Shown in pieces: positions 53,107 through 64,000 of a DNA stretch of 64,000 nucleotides. The first letter of the stretch is position 1, and every line of letters starts with the position of its first letter. The stretch lies in assembly GCA_963790185.1 (NCBI GenBank), contig CAWBNR010000012.1:13054-77053 (forward strand), in the 5' to 3' direction. Position numbers and translations under genes: made by a program. The notes under the pieces are model-generated. The model was not told where the DNA came from and ran no database searches. It worked only from the letters and a program-made list of their open reading frames with translations. This stretch comes from an uncultured Thermoleophilia bacterium (GTDB lineage Bacteria > Actinomycetota > Thermoleophilia > UBA2241).

Positions 53107-53451
53107 TTACTCGACGCCTTCGAACTCATGGTCGACGTTGTCACCGGTGTCCTGGTGACCTCCGCCCGGCAGGTTTTCGTCACCGGCCTCTTCCGCACTC
53201 GCGGACTCGGACTCGGTGGCCTCCGTCGCATCGTCGGCGGCGTTCTGGTCGCCGACCTCTTCCTGCACGGCGTCGGTGTCCGGCAGGTTGGCGTCGGCCT
53301 CGGCGGCCTCGGCCTGATCGGTGGCGACTGCTGCGGCCGCCGGCTGCGGTGACGCCGGTGTCGCTGCACCGGCGCGCACGGCGAAACCGCCGGCGGCGGC
53401 GACCGCGAGAACGGCGACCGCCGCCATCGTGGCGATCTTGATCTTGTCCAT
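53107..53451 (-). CDS. Small secreted acidic protein (hypothetical)
   Basis: Signal-peptide-like N-terminus; D/E-rich body ending GDNVDHEFEGVE. Confidence 0.65.
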   Translation of the reverse strand: MDKIKIATMAAVAVLAVAAAGGFAVRAGAATPASPQPAAAAVATDQAEAAEADANLPDTDAVQEEVGDQNAADDATEATESESASAEEAGDENLPGGGHQDTGDNVDHEFEGVE

Positions 53452-53503
53452 GGTGTCTTCTCCTTGTCTCGTTTGACTGACGATGCGACTCTAGGAGCCA
53501 GGG

Positions 53504-53531
53504 ATGAAGCCCTCGTGAAGCGGTTGTGAAG
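53504..53531. promoter_or_regulatory. Triple 11-bp-periodic box upstream of the acidic protein gene
   Basis: ATGAAG (53504), GTGAAG (53515), GTGAAG (53526). Confidence 0.55.
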
Positions 53532-53713
53532 GGCTGTCACCCGGAGACGGGGCGGGCCTGTCGCGCCCTTGTCACGTGGGCTTCGTCGGCCGTCGCCACG
53601 CTCGTTGCCAGCCGCGGGCACCGGGCCCGCCTGGGGAGTCACACGGAGACGGGAATCATGCCATTAGGGATCAGGGCGAGGATCATCGCGAGCGCGGCGG
53701 CCGCGCCGCTCGC

Positions 53714-53829
53714 GAGGGTCTGCGGCGGCTGTCGCGCTCGCGCCTACGAGGCGACCGGCGACTACATTGGCGGAGGAGCCCTACTGCGCGTACGTGCCGC
53801 GGGGCTGGTGTCCACCGGCCGCGCCCTGA
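53714..53829 (+). pseudogene. Orphan 3' fragment of the ahbD-like gene (right copy of the direct repeat)
   Basis: Encodes RVCGGCRARAYEATGDY(+1)AEEPYCAYVPRGWCPPAAP-stop versus ...VPKGWCPPE-stop in the intact gene. Confidence 0.9.
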
Positions 53830-53841
53830 CGGCGCGCCCGC

Positions 53842-54378
53842 CTACTGCTCAGCGATGAAGTGTCGCTGCAGGCAGATGAGCTCGTCGGTCAGACCGGCAC
53901 GCCGGTAGACCCCCTGGGCGCGCCGGTTGTCGCGGCTGGTGATCACGCCGATCTCGGCGCACCCGTCGGCTTTGAGACGGCGCATGGCCTCGCGCACGAG
54001 GGCCTCGCCGATCCCCTGACCCTGCGCCGACGGGGTCACCGTCACGTCCTCGATCTCGCCGGCGGGGGCGGCGTGGTAGAGGTCGAGGGTCAAGGAGTAC
54101 GAGAGCAGGCCGACCGGCCCCTCGGGACCGACCGCGAGCAGGATGTGGGCGCCGGACTGCTCGAGGTAGCGCCGCACGAAGACCTCGTCGACGGTCGTGC
54201 CGTGGGCGAAGTCGCGGCCCATCTCGACGACGAGGCGCACGACGGCCGCCTCGTCGCCGGCGCCGGCCTCACGGATCTCGAGGTCGGCGGGGCGGTCCGG
54301 GCGCCGCCGACCCTCCCCCGGTTTCTTCGCCCGCCCGCCTCCGGACCTTCGCGGGCCGGTGTCTCGGCCGACCCTCAC
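53842..54378 (-). CDS. GNAT acetyltransferase
   Basis: EIEDVTVTPSAQGQGIGEALV, NRRAQGVYRRAG; GTG start overlapping the upstream stop inferred. Confidence 0.85.
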   Translation of the reverse strand: MRVGRDTGPRRSGGGRAKKPGEGRRRPDRPADLEIREAGAGDEAAVVRLVVEMGRDFAHGTTVDEVFVRRYLEQSGAHILLAVGPEGPVGLLSYSLTLDLYHAAPAGEIEDVTVTPSAQGQGIGEALVREAMRRLKADGCAEIGVITSRDNRRAQGVYRRAGLTDELICLQRHFIAEQ

Positions 54379-54833
54379 AGGTGCCGCTCGAGCAGCAGGG
54401 ACGCGTCGGTGAAGCCCAGCCGCCGATAGAGCCGCTGGGCGCCCTCGTTCTCGAGCCCCGTGGAGACACCGATCTCGGCTACGCCGAGCCCTTCGAGATG
54501 CGCCATCGTGTGGCGCAGGAGCGCGGTGCCGGTGCCGCGCCCGCGGTGGGCCGCGGTCACGATCGCCTCGTCGACGGTGGCGCAGTCGGCGGCGTGGTAG
54601 AGCCCGGGGAAGAGGAACCATGTGACGACGCCGATGACCTCGCCGTCGATGTCGGCGACGAAGGCGCCTGCGTCCTCTCGGGCGAGGAAGGTCTCGACCC
54701 AGGCGGGCGCGACCGCCGAGCGCTCGCCGAAGGCGGCCGCCATCTCGCGGATGAGGCCGGCGATCGCGGCGGCGTCGACCGGCCCCGCCGCCCTGATCGT
54801 CGGTGACACGCCTGTTCGAGCGTCGTCCCTCAC
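54375..54833 (-). CDS. GNAT acetyltransferase
   Basis: VDEAIVTAAHRGRGTGTALL, NEGAQRLYRRLGF. Confidence 0.88.
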   Translation of the reverse strand: MRDDARTGVSPTIRAAGPVDAAAIAGLIREMAAAFGERSAVAPAWVETFLAREDAGAFVADIDGEVIGVVTWFLFPGLYHAADCATVDEAIVTAAHRGRGTGTALLRHTMAHLEGLGVAEIGVSTGLENEGAQRLYRRLGFTDASLLLERHL

Positions 54834-54842
54834 CCGGCCTCC

Positions 54843-54881
54843 TTGTGCGACATCTCACATGAGCCGCCGACCACGTAGTAT
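54843..54881 (+). promoter_or_regulatory. Rex-like (TGTG-N7-TCACA) operator and -10 element of the hemL-rex operon
   Basis: TTGTGCG-ACAT-CTCACAT at 54843-54860; TAGTAT at 54876-54881. Confidence 0.5.
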
Positions 54882-54918
54882 ATGGGGAGTCCCTGAGTCC
54901 GTCCTGTTGGAGGAGCGC

Positions 54919-56199
<1,281 letters not shown>

Positions 56200-56211
56200 C
56201 GAGGAGTCCCC

Positions 56212-56853
56212 GTGCGCAACGTCGACAGAAGGGACGTGCCGGCGGTCACCGTCCCGCGCCTCGCGCTCTACCTCCGCAAGCTGCGCGAACTGCGCGCGCG
56301 CGGCGTCGAGCGCGTCTCCTCGAAGGACCTCGCCGCGCTGATCGACCTCAACGCCGCGCAGATCCGCAAGGACTTCTCCTACTTCGGCGAGTTCGGCACG
56401 CGCGGCGTCGGCTACGAGGTCGAGAGCCTCGTCGAGGTCATCACGCGTTCACTCGGGCTGCACCGCACCTGGAACGTGGTCATCGTCGGCGCCGGCCCCC
56501 TCGGCACGGCGCTCGCGCGCTACCGCGGTTTCGGCGAGCAGGGGTTCAGGCTGGCCGCGATGTTCGACAGCTCCGCGACGGTCATAGGGGCGAGCTACGG
56601 CGAGGGCAGGGTGCGCAGCGTCGTCGACCTCGAGGAGTACTGCGCGGCGGAGCGCGTCGACATCGCCGTGGTGACCGTTCCGGCGAGCGAGGCGCAGGCC
56701 ACGATCGAGCGGCTCGTGGCGGCCGGGGTGCGCGCGATCCTCAACTTCGCACCGGTCCGGGTACACACGCCCGACGACGTGCTCGTACGCCAGGTCGACC
56801 TTTCGAGCGAACTCATGGCGCTGTCCTTCCACCTCGACCGGGAGTCCGACTGA
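56212..56853 (+). CDS. rex: Redox-sensing transcriptional repressor Rex
   Basis: TVPRLALYLR, QIRKDFSYFGEFGTRGVGY, GAGPLGTAL, AILNFAP. Confidence 0.95.
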   Translation: MRNVDRRDVPAVTVPRLALYLRKLRELRARGVERVSSKDLAALIDLNAAQIRKDFSYFGEFGTRGVGYEVESLVEVITRSLGLHRTWNVVIVGAGPLGTALARYRGFGEQGFRLAAMFDSSATVIGASYGEGRVRSVVDLEEYCAAERVDIAVVTVPASEAQATIERLVAAGVRAILNFAPVRVHTPDDVLVRQVDLSSELMALSFHLDRESD

Positions 56854-57066
56854 GCGTCCGCAGCGTCCAGCACCCGGCAGTCCTCCCTGGATATCGAGCG
56901 CTCTCGGCGTGTCGAGGCGGCACGGTACGGCTTGCTTCGACCGCACCGATCGCGCCCCCGAACGCCAGCCCCGATCCCAGCCCCCGAAGGGCCGACGCTT
57001 CTGACGAGCAGAAGCGTCAGGGCCTATTTGCATGAATCTGATGCAGTACAACTACATGTATTGTTG

Positions 57067-57095
57067 TTGACACTGCATCCCCCCGATGGTAGATA
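57067..57095 (+). promoter_or_regulatory. Promoter candidate for the peptide ABC operon
   Basis: TTGACA (57067-57072) - 17 nt - TAGATA, in an AT-rich island. Confidence 0.4.
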
Positions 57096-57238
57096 CCGGT
57101 TGTTCCTTCTGCCATCCGATGTGGAGAGGGACGAGAGGCCGATCAGGGGCCTCTCGCCGCAAGCCTGGGGGACAGGTGGTGACGTCACCTGACCGCCCAC
57201 CTGACCGCTCAGTTGACCGTCGACGGATCGGAGACGCC

Positions 57239-58868
57239 ATGGTGTGGGAAAGCAACAGCTACACGCGCAGGGAGGTGCTCAAGGTGGGAGCCGCCGGCGT
57301 CGGTCTGCTGGCCCTGGGTCCGCTGGCGGCGGCGTGCGGCTCTGAGTCCGAGACCTCGACGTCCGCCACCGGCGTCCGGCCCCAAGACCGGCGGCCCGCT
57401 GATCATCGGTCGCGCACGTCCAGCCGACGGTGCAGGCCGTCGGGCTCGACCCGCACAACGTGCGCGGTCAGCAGCGGCAACGTGTACACGCTCGACAAGA
57501 TGTACGAGACGCTCTACGTCACCGACGCCGAGCGGCAAGCTGCAGCCGTGGCTGGTCGAGGCGCACGAGGTGAGCAGCCGACGGCATGATCTACACGCTC
57601 GTCGCTCGAAGCAGGGCGTCACTGTTCTCCGACGGCAAGGCGATGACGGCCGACGACGTGGCGTGGTCGCTCGAACCGCGCCCGGCTCAGCGAGACGGGC
57701 TCGATGAGCTTCCTGAACTTCGCCATCAAGCGACGTCACGGCGGTCGACGCGGCGCACGGTCGAGATCACGCTCTCGCAGCCGTGGGCGCCGCTGCTCTC
57801 CGACCTGTCGATCTACTCCGACGCCATCCTGCCCAAGGACCTGCGCGGCATGTCGGAGAAGGAGTTCTTCGCGAACCCGATCGGGACCGGCCCGTTCGTG
57901 CTCAAGCGCTGGGCGCAGCAGGGCGCCGAGATCACCCTGGCGCGCAACGCCAACTACTGGCAGCGCGGCAAGCCGTACCTCGACGAGGTCGTCTTCAAGG
58001 TCATCCTCGACGACAACCAGCGCGTGCTGCAGGTGCAGAGCGGCGACGTCCAGATCATCGACTCGGTGCCGCCGGCCCAGGTCGCAGTCGCTCAAGGGCG
58101 ACAGCAACCTGAGCGTCGGCGTCTTCCCGGCGTGGTCGGTCGGACCTCGTCTTCTTCAACGAGAAGGTCAAGCAGCTACGCCGACCGCAACGTGCGGCGG
58201 GCGATCGCCTACACCATCGACACCAAGGGGATCGCCGCAGGCGACGACGTTCGGCACCGCGCGAGGCCGGCGGCTCGTTCTTCCCGCCGAGCCTCGAGTA
58301 CTACGACGCCAACACGCCGGTGCTCTCGTACGACATCGAGGCCGCCAAGGCCGAGCTGGCCAAGTCCGGGTACCCGAACGGTTTCGACACGAGATCCTCA
58401 TCCCCACGCGGCAACCAGGTGTGGGCGCAGACGGCGCAGATCCTCCAGGCCGGCATGAAGCAGATCGGCATCAACGTGACGATCAACCAGAAGGACCACG
58501 CGGCCTACGAGAACGACTTCCGCGCCTTCGACTACGACATGATGATCAACAACGCCATCAACGACATCAGCGACCCCGACGAGATGGCGTCGTTCCAGTG
58601 CGACGCCGAGAACGGCGGCTCCGACTCGTTCTGGACCGGCTACAACAACCCCGAGGTCGTCGAAGCTCGTGCGCGAGGCGGCCGCGGAGATGGACTCCGC
58701 CAAGCGCGGCGAGATGTACGCGCAGATCCAGGCGATGGTCGCGCAGGACGCGCCGTACGTGGCGCTGACCTACCCGCCGTCGATCTACGCGCAACACGAC
58801 GACGGTCAACGGCTTCGCGCGTCAACCCGGCCGGCGCCTACACGCTGGAGAGCGTCTGGCTGGCGTGA
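57239..58868 (+). CDS. Peptide/nickel ABC substrate-binding lipoprotein with Tat signal (many frameshifts)
   Basis: TRREVLK twin-arginine motif and LAAAC lipobox; NPIGTGPF, YLDEVVFK, GYNNPEV. Confidence 0.8.
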
Positions 58869-58912
58869 CGGCCGTTCGCTCCGACCACCGGGATGGCCTG
58901 AGGAGGCGGCGC

Positions 58913-59854
58913 ATGTACGTAGCTCCGCCGCCTGCTTCAGGCCATCCCGGTCGTGCTCGGCATCACCGTCGTCACGTTCTTCCTGCTGCGCCTGATCCCG
59001 GGCGACCCGGCGATGACGCTGCTGGGCAATCACGGCACGCCGGAGCAGATCGCCGCGCTGCGCGACGCGCTGGGGGCTCGACGAGCCGATCTGGGTCCAG
59101 TTCTGGCTGTTCCTCAAGCAGCTGGCCCACGGCGACACGGGCGCGTCGCTCTTCTACGACGTCCCGACGCGCGACGCTGATCGCCAGCCGCATCGGCGTC
59201 ACCGTCGTCGCTGGTCGCGCTGGCGACGCTCTTCAGCGTGCTGATCGCCGTGCCGCTCGCGACCATCGCGGCCGATCCGCAAGGACCGGCCCGCGGACCA
59301 CGTCATCCGCGTGGTGCCGCTGGTCGGCCTCGGCATGCCGTCCTTCTGGGTCGGCCTCGTCCTGATCCTCATCTTCGCCGTGAACCTGGGCTGGTTCCCG
59401 GTCGGCGGCTGGGGCGACACCGTTCCCGGAGCACATCTACGGGCTCATCCTGCCGGCGCTCACGTCGGCGCTGGCGCATCGTGCCCGCTGCTGGTGCGCA
59501 GCCTGCGCGTCGGCATGCTCGAGGTCCTCCAGGCCGACTACGTCGCCACGGCGCGCTCCAAGGGCCTGCGCGAGCACCGCGTGCTGCTCGTCCACGTCGC
59601 GCGCAACGCCATCATCCCGACGCTGACGCTGCTCGGCATCAACATCGCCTTCCTCATCGGCGCGACCGTGGTCGTCGAGCGGGTGTTCCAGCTCAACGGG
59701 CTCGGCAGCCTCATGCTCACCTCGATCAGCAACCGCGACTTCCCCGTCGTCCAGGGCGTCACCTTCGTCTTCGCGCTTGTCGGTCGTCATCATCAATCTC
59801 GTCACCGATCTCGTGGCCGCGGCGAGGCTCGACCCGCGGATCCGGCTGTCGTGA
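58913..59854 (+). CDS. Peptide ABC permease (DppB/OppB-like, frameshifted)
   Basis: IPGDPA, GMPSFWVG, DYVATARSKGL, NRDFPVVQG, LDPRIR-stop. Confidence 0.82.
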
Positions 59855-60758
59855 GCACGCGACCGGGATCGGCACGCGCGAGGCGGCGGCGACCAGGCCG
59901 TCGCGCTCGAGGGCTTCGTCGTCCGCTCCCACCCGATGCTGCGCAAGGCGCTGCGCAACCGCTCGCTGCTCGCTGGGCGCGAGCGTCATCGGCATCCTGA
60001 TCCTCGCTCGCCCTGCTGGCGCCGTGGATCGACCGCTACGACCCCGCTGGAGCAGGACCTCATGGCGATCGCTGCAGACTCCGTCCTGGGCGACACTGGC
60101 TGGGGACCGACCAGCTCGGGCGGGACGTGTGGTCGCGGCTCCTGTGGGCGGCCCGGTTCGACCTCGCCACCGGGCTTCCTCGTCGTGCTCATCCCGTTCA
60201 CCTTCGGCACGCTCATCGGCACGCTTGCCGGCTACTACGGCGGCTGGCTCGACACCGTGCTCAGCCGCATCATCGACGTCGTCATGGCCTTCCCGTACTA
60301 CGTGCTGATCATCACGCTGGTGTTCGTGGTGGGCAAGGGCATCCGCGGCATCTTCATCGCCTTCGCGCTCACCGACTGGGTGACGTACGCGCGCACGGTG
60401 CGCAGCACGACGCTCGTGGCGCGTCGGCATCGGACTGGGCGGCGGCGGCGCGCAGGGCGGCGGCCTCTCGGACCGGCGCATCCTCGTCCGTCACATCCTG
60501 CCCAACACGATCACGCAGGCCATCGTCTACGCGATGTCGGACATCGTCTACGTGATCCTCGCGGTCGTCACGCTCGGCTACCTGGGTCTCGGCATCCAGG
60601 CGCCGCAACCTGACTGGGGGTCGATGATCTTCGACGGCCAGGCCTTCATGACGACGCGCTGGTGGCTGTCGACCATCCCCGGTCTCTGCGTGGTGCTCAC
60701 CGGCATCGGACTCTCACTGCTCGGCGACGGGCTGGCCGACGTGTTGCGTCCCGAATGA
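59851..60758 (+). CDS. Peptide ABC permease (DppC/OppC-like, frameshifted)
   Basis: LGTDQLGRDV, AGYYGGWLDTVLSRIID, LGYLGLGIQAPQPDWG. Confidence 0.82.
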
Positions 60759-61830
60759 GCCGACCCCGCTCTCCAGGTCGACGACCTCGTCGTCGAGATC
60801 ACGCGGGACCGCGAGCGCTTCCGCGCCGTCGACGGCGTCTCGCTGGCGGTGCAGCCCGGCACGTTCGATCGGGCTGGTCGGCGAGTCCGGCTGCGGCAAG
60901 AGCCTCACGCTGCGCGCGGTCATGGGGCTGCTGCCCGACGCGCGCCGCGCGCCGTGCGCCGGCCGCGTCAGCGTCGACGGCGTCGAGCTGCCTCTGGCGG
61001 GCAAGAGGGCGTCGCGGCCGCGCGCCGCGGCCGGCTGGCGATGATCTTCCAGGACCCGGGCACGGCGCTCGAACCCGGTGCATGACGGTCGGCGACCAGA
61101 TCGCCGAGGCGCCGCGGCGCGTGCTGGGCGATGTCGCGCGCGCGGGCCGATGCCCGCGCCCTGGAGCTGCTGCGCCAGGTCGGCATCGCCGACCCCGAGC
61201 ACCGCATACGCAGCTATCCGCACGAGCTCTCGGGCGGCACGCGGCAGCGGGTGATGATCGCCATCGCGCTGTCGTCGGAGCCCAAGGTGCTGCTCTGCGA
61301 CGAGCCGACGACGGCGCTCGACGTGACGATCCAGGCACAGATCCTGCGCCTGCTGGTCGACCTGCAGCGAGGAGATGGGGCTCGTCGATCGTGTTCGTCA
61401 CGCACGAACTGGCGCTCGTCGGCCAGCTGTGCGAGGACGTCTGCGTCATGTACGCCGGCCGGCTCGTGGAGACCGGCCCCACGCCGGCCGTGCTCGCGCG
61501 CCCGCTGCACCCGTACACGCTCGGGCTGCTGCGCTCGGCGGTCGATCTCGACGTCGAGCTGGAGCGCGCCCGTGCCGATCCCCGGCAGCCTGCCGGATCC
61601 GCTGCGCCGTCCGGCGGGTGCGCCGTTCCACCCGCGCTGCTTCCTCGCGACCCCCGAGTGCGAGACGAGCCGACGTGGCGCTGGCGCCGGCCGGGCGCGG
61701 GCCGCGCCAGCGCCTGCCTGCACGTCGACCGAGCTCGTCGCCGAAGACGGCGGGCCCTGCTCGAGCAGGCCACGCGGGCCGCCGCCGACTGTCAAGCAGA
61801 CCGGGCCGACTCGACGGACGGCCGCGATGA
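60755..61830 (+). CDS. Peptide ABC ATP-binding protein (DppD/OppD-like, frameshifted; 3' end approximate)
   Basis: [49 protein letters not shown]. Confidence 0.8.
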
Positions 61831-62829
61831 CTGAGCCTCTGCTCGCGGTGCGCGACCTCAAGGCCACTTCGACGTGCCGGCTACGGGGTGGTCCGCGCCG
61901 TCGACGGCGTGTCGCTGGACGTGGCCGCCGGCGAGATCGTCGGCCTCGTCGGCGAGTCCGGCTGCGGCAAGACGACCATCGGCCGCTGCATCACGGGCGA
62001 GGTCGAGCCGCGACAGCGGCGAGATGCTGCTCGACGGCGCCGTCGCTGGACAGCCGCCGGTCCGTCGGAGCGGCGGCGAGCGGTGCAGATGGTCTTCCAG
62101 GACCCGGCCACGTCGCTGAACCCGCGCATGTCCGTGCGCGCAGGTGCTGGCGGAGCTGCTGCGCGTGCACCGACTGGTGCCCGCGCGACCAGGTCGAGCG
62201 CCGCTGCCGCGAGCTCATGGGGCTACGTCGGGCTGCCGGACGCGGCCCTCGACGGGCTATCCGCACCAGTTCTCGGGGGGACAGCGGCAGCGCATCGCCA
62301 TCGCGCGGGCGCTGGCCGTGGAGCCGCGCCTGCTGGTCGCCGACGAGCCGGTGTCCGCGCTGGACGTCTCCGTGCAGGCGACGATCCTGCAGCTGTTCGA
62401 CGAGCTGCGCGAGCGACTGGGGCTCGCCATCCTGCTCATCTCGCACAACCTGGCGGTGGTGCGTCATCTCTCGGACAGGGTGGCGGTCATGTACCTCGGC
62501 CGCATCGCCGAGATCGGCGCCGCGCGACGCCCTCTTCGGCGACCCGCGCGCGCCCTACACGCGGTGCTGCTCGAGGCGGCGCCGCGGCTGAGCCAGGTCG
62601 GCACGCACGCCGGAGGCGCCGGCTCAAGGGCGATCCGCCGAGCGCCGTCGACGTCCCCGCGGGCTGTCGCTTCCACACGCGCTGCCCGCGGGCGGAAGAG
62701 CGCTGTGCGCTGGAGGAGCCGGCCCTGTCGCCCGTCGCCGACGGGCCGACCCCGGCCGGCGCCCAGCCGCATCTCGCAGCCTGCCACTTCCGGGCGGAGC
62801 GCGTCGGAGCGCCGGGGAGTGCGACGTGA
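61827..62829 (+). CDS. Peptide ABC ATP-binding protein (DppF/OppF-like, frameshifted)
   Basis: [51 protein letters not shown]. Confidence 0.82.
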
Positions 62830-64000
62830 CCGCGGCTGACCGACGGCCAGGCCGCGCTCGCGGCTCTGGCTCGTACCCGGCGGACGGCTTGAAGGCTGCC
62901 CTCGAGGACTTCGTCGCCTGTTACCCCGAGTACGCCGGGACGGACGCGATCGATGGGTTGCGCGCCGCGGAGTACGCGCGCCTCGACCGCGCGGGCCACA
63001 CGTATCTCGACTACACCGGCGGCGGCCAGTACGCGGAGTCCCAGCTGGACCGCCACCACGCGCTGTTCAGCGATCGCGTGCTCGGCAACCCGCATTCGCA
63101 CAACCCGAGCTCAGCCGCGTCCACCCGGCTGGTGCGAGGAGGCTCGCGACGCCGTGCGGGACTTCTTCAACGCCTCGCCCGACGAGTACGAGGTCATCTT
63201 CACGGCCAACGCGAGCGGTGCGCTCAAGCTCGTCGGCGAGGCGTACCCGTTCCGCCCGAGCGGCGTCTACCTCGTGAGGTACGACAATCACAACTCGGTG
63301 AACGGCATCCGCGAGTTCGCGCACGCGAAGGGCGCCCAGGTCACCTACGTTCCCGTGCGCAACCCCGACCTCCGGCTCGACGCCGAGCCTGATGACGCGC
63401 GCTCGCGCTGTCGACGCCGGGCACCGACAACCTCTTCGCGTACCCGGCGCAGTCGAACTTCAGCGGCGTGCAGCATCCCGCTCGAGTGGGTCGCCGAGGC
63501 GCAGGACGCCGGCTGGGACGTGCTCCTCGACTGCGCCGCCTTCGTGCCGACCAACCGGCTCGACTCTCGGCGTCGTCAAGCCGGACTTCGTGCCGCGTCT
63601 CGTTCTACAAGCTGTTCGGCTACCCCACCGGCGTCGGCGCGCTCGATCGCGCGTCGCGACAAGCTCGCCAAGCTGCGGCGACCGTGGTTCGCCGGCGGCA
63701 CGATCACCGTCGCCTAGCGTGCAGGACGACGGCTGGTACCACCTCGCTCCCGCCGCCGGCCGGTTTCGAGGACGGAACGGTCGATTATCTGGGCCTACCG
63801 GCAGTGACCATCGGCCTCGAGCACCTTCGGCGATCGGCGTCGAGACGATCCACACGCGGGTGTCATGGCCCTGGCGGGCTGGTTGCTCGAGGAGATGAGC
63901 GATCCTGCGCCACAGCAATGGCGCGCCGATGGTGCACATCTTCGGCCCGCCAGGATCGATCGGCGCGGCGCCACGATCGCTCTCTACCTGCTGGACCCCG
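62826..64000 (+). CDS. Aminotransferase class V-fold PLP enzyme (MOCOS/desulfurase-like; frameshifted; runs off window)
   Basis: [62 protein letters not shown]. Confidence 0.8.

Larger units (their letters stand above)
43521..53713. mobile_element. ~10.2 kb inserted island (two TCS, dedA/PAP2, ABC exporter, lipoprotein); no integrase seen
   Basis: Bounded by the duplicated ahbD 3' end; interrupts the hemB-ahbD...hemL-rex neighbourhood; parts look more A/T-rich by eye. Confidence 0.65.

Noticed and set aside
43521-53713. Prophage or ICE with its own recombinase
   Set aside because: No tyrosine or serine recombinase, relaxase or phage structural motifs found in any ORF.
57239-64000. Programmed frameshifting or true pseudogenisation of the Dpp operon
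   Set aside because: There are too many shifts per gene at non-slippery sites with motifs intact; better explained by sequencing error.

Overview
This is a high-GC bacterial chromosomal window, most consistent with an anaerobic or facultative actinobacterial lineage (inferred from the corrinoid/MttB, Ahb-type heme and Rex gene content). Left to right it holds: a kdp(X)FABC' potassium pump operon; a four-gene ABC exporter; a frameshifted HTH-GAF-HD-GYP-GGDEF signalling gene; a nitronate monooxygenase; an RpoD-like sigma paralog; an MMPL transporter; a corrinoid protein with two non-pyrrolysine MttB-family methyltransferases and an unusual IS1595-zinc-ribbon/TetR fusion regulator; an OmpR-type two-component system with a divergent ABC transporter; pepE-DUF1611; a PAS-GGDEF / PocR-GAF-PAS-HD-GYP / pilin-like trio; rrf2-cysK; an amidase; a peptidoglycan amidase with 3 x 105-aa repeats; yggT and an MFS transporter; a DUF4388-MshEN-pseudoGTPase gene; a heme cluster (hemB, ahbD-like ... 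hemL, rex) split by a ~10.2 kb insertion bounded by two diverged copies of the ahbD 3' end; and a Dpp/Opp-type ABC importer followed by a class V PLP enzyme that runs off the window. Many genes in 8-11.6, 21-24.8 and 57-64 kb are broken by 1-nt indels, which are probably sequencing or assembly errors. I recognised no tRNA, rRNA, CRISPR array or integrase. The strongest leads are the transposase-derived TetR regulator of the methyltransferase module, the integrase-less island in ahbD with its shared 11-bp-periodic boxes, and a putative c-di-GMP-binding pseudo-GTPase. All assignments come from motif recognition by eye; no searches were run.
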